The position numbers and the translations under genes are program-made. This document shows, piece by piece, positions 57,415 through 64,000 of a stretch of DNA of 64,000 nt. Source of the stretch: the human T2T-CHM13v2.0 reference genome, Homo sapiens. Each line of letters opens with the position of its first letter. Position 1 is the first letter of the stretch. Location: the NCBI GenBank assembly GCA_009914755.4, contig CP086569.2, positions 48,352,001-48,416,000 on the forward strand. Direction: 5' to 3'. Below the pieces are notes generated by a model. It was not told the DNA's origin. It was given only the letters and a program-made list of their open reading frames with translations, and ran no database searches.

Positions 57415-57984
57415 ATATTTTTTAAATGAAAAAAAATTTCAAAGGTACTCTGCTTGGTACAATAATCAAATGTATAAACTGAGGAATAAAACATAACCAT
57501 GAAACCTATTTATAACTGCATATGGAAAATACAGAGGATAATTTTTTAAATAACATATTGTTAAAGCCTTAACTAGTAATTTGAAGAGTTGGCATTTGAA
57601 AGGCCAGTATGAATATACCTTCACAGCAGCAACACAGGTTCCCCATGAGAAAAAGCAAACTCAGGGAAAATAAAACCACAAAGGTTCAATCTCTTCTGAC
57701 CTTTGAAAGACACAGCACAGACAGTGGTCCTTAGGACGAAGAGCAGGAGACCCCTAATTCCGTCACCATGGCGATAGGGCATAAACATTGCTGGGTGAGG
57801 GCACAATCCACATTGTGAGGTCCAACTGCTGCCAGGAAGACAGGAGTGCTTTTACATAGACCGAAAGGTCATTGAAGGCTCAGAGTTTTGTTTCAAGAAC
57901 TGAATCCCAAGCCCACACGTTATTAGGCTGCGCTTCTTAAAACAAGTTATGAGATGGGAAAAAGGGCACCCACAAACATACGTA
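57415..57984. other. ~570-bp normal-GC, non-Alu module of the DYZ2-type unit; origin unrecognised
   Basis: Sequence 'atattttttaaatgaaaaaaaatttcaaaggtactctgcttggtacaataatcaaatg...ccatggcgatagggcataaacattgctgggtgagggcacaatccacattgtgagg...gggcacccacaaacatacg' recurs at 59836-60405 and 62254-62823. It is not pentameric, not AT-rich and not Alu. Confidence 0.6.
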
Positions 57985-62823
<4,839 letters not shown>

Positions 62824-64000
62824 TACATTATGTATATAATAATATACAGTATCATATATATAATATATATAACCTATGTATAATATGGTTTTACATCCTG
62901 CATCTTATATTATATATATTGTATAAAATATAATTATTGATAATATATAAATTTTATATTTATACAATATGACATATAGTATATATTATAATTTATGACA
63001 TATATAATATATGTTATATATCATATATAGAATATATTATACGGTTAATATACGTATTAAATATAAATTATACATTATATATATTATATATAATATTTCT
63101 GTTATATATAATACCCATTATGCATAATATATATATTATGTGTATGTTATATATAGTATAAAACAACATATAATAATATATAATTGTATATATAAAATGC
63201 GACATATAATATATATTATATTTTATGACATATGTTATAAATATTATATATTATATATAATACGTTGCATGTATAATACCTATATTAAATATATATTATA
63301 TGACTATGTTATTAATTACATGTCACATATGTTATATATTATATATTTTACATAGAATATACCGGTTACTTACAATATATAATATGTTACCTATAATGTA
63401 TAATATATTACATGTAAAATATAGAATGCAATATATTATGTGTAATTTATAATATACAATATGTGGAATGTGATATATATAACATATAATATATGATATA
63501 TGATATACAGTATATGATATATAATATAGAATATATGATACATAATATATATGGTATACAATATATATTTTATGATATGTATTCTATATGTTTTATATTC
63601 TGTTATATATAACTATTTGAAATTATATATAACTGTATAATATTTTATGTAAATATGTAATATAATATATAACTATGTAATATATTATATATAGCTATAT
63701 ATTATGTTATATATACTTTTATAACATAATTTACATAAAATATCATTATATAATATATATTATATTATTTCATATTACATAATATATATAACATATCACC
63801 CAATATAAGTAACATACATAATATTATAATATAGATTATATTATGTTATATTAAATATCATATATATCATGTATCATATATTCTATAATATATATTATAC
63901 ATTATATAATATGTATGTTGTCTATTATGTGATATATATAACTATATATATAATTACATTATTATACATATAACTAGATAAACATGTAATTCTGCATATT
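62824..64000. repeat. Partial DYZ2-type unit (AT-rich segment only, cut by the window end)
   Basis: Colinear with 57985-59160 and 60406-61585. Confidence 0.8.

Noticed and set aside
57621-57806. 61-aa minus-strand ORF (MCPHPAMFMPYRHGDGIRGLL...) in the normal-GC module of each DYZ2-type unit (also 60042-60227 and 62460-62645)
   Set aside because: It is 'conserved' only because the unit is tandemly repeated. The three inter-copy differences (H4Y, M7V, N40S) are all non-synonymous, so there is no sign of purifying selection. It has no recognisable domain and sits in heterochromatic satellite.
63140-63355. 71-aa ORF in the AT-rich segment (Y/I/N-rich)
   Set aside because: Low-complexity read-through of >85 % A+T DNA; not a gene.

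Overview
Human pericentromeric/heterochromatic satellite DNA with no credible protein-coding genes. Positions 1-56366 are one head-to-tail array of Human Satellite III (HSat3, (GGAAT)n/(ATTCC)n family) with the purine-rich GGAAT strand on +. It is organised into about 16 higher-order repeat (HOR) units of ~3.56 kb (range 3.52-3.57 kb), which is the DYZ1-type organisation. At 56366/56367 the HSat3 array stops abruptly mid-unit. Positions 56367-64000 are a tandem array of ~2.42-kb composite units, each made of a >85 % A+T segment, a full-length, old, CpG-decayed Alu on the minus strand, and a ~570-bp normal-GC module. That is the DYZ2 / HSat1B-type unit. A 3.56-kb HSat3 HOR abutting 2.4-kb Alu-containing AT-rich units is the hallmark of the Yq12 heterochromatin of the human Y chromosome. 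HSat3 and HSat1B also occur elsewhere (for example acrocentric short arms), so the Y assignment is an inference from this architecture. All ORFs in the supplied track are periodic translations of the pentamer (MEWNG.. on + and IPFHS.. on -) or low-complexity AT-rich reads, and I call none of them as CDS. I find no hidden gene system here. What is worth a second look is structural. (i) The exact DYZ1->DYZ2 breakpoint. (ii) A 1.72-kb intra-HOR duplication that creates a 5.28-kb variant unit. (iii) HOR units fall into at least four subfamilies that recur at 1-, 2-, 3- and 4-unit spacings, which points to multi-unit block duplication. (iv) A ~770-bp deletion in the DYZ2 copy next to the junction. 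(v) An unexplained normal-GC module inside every DYZ2 unit.
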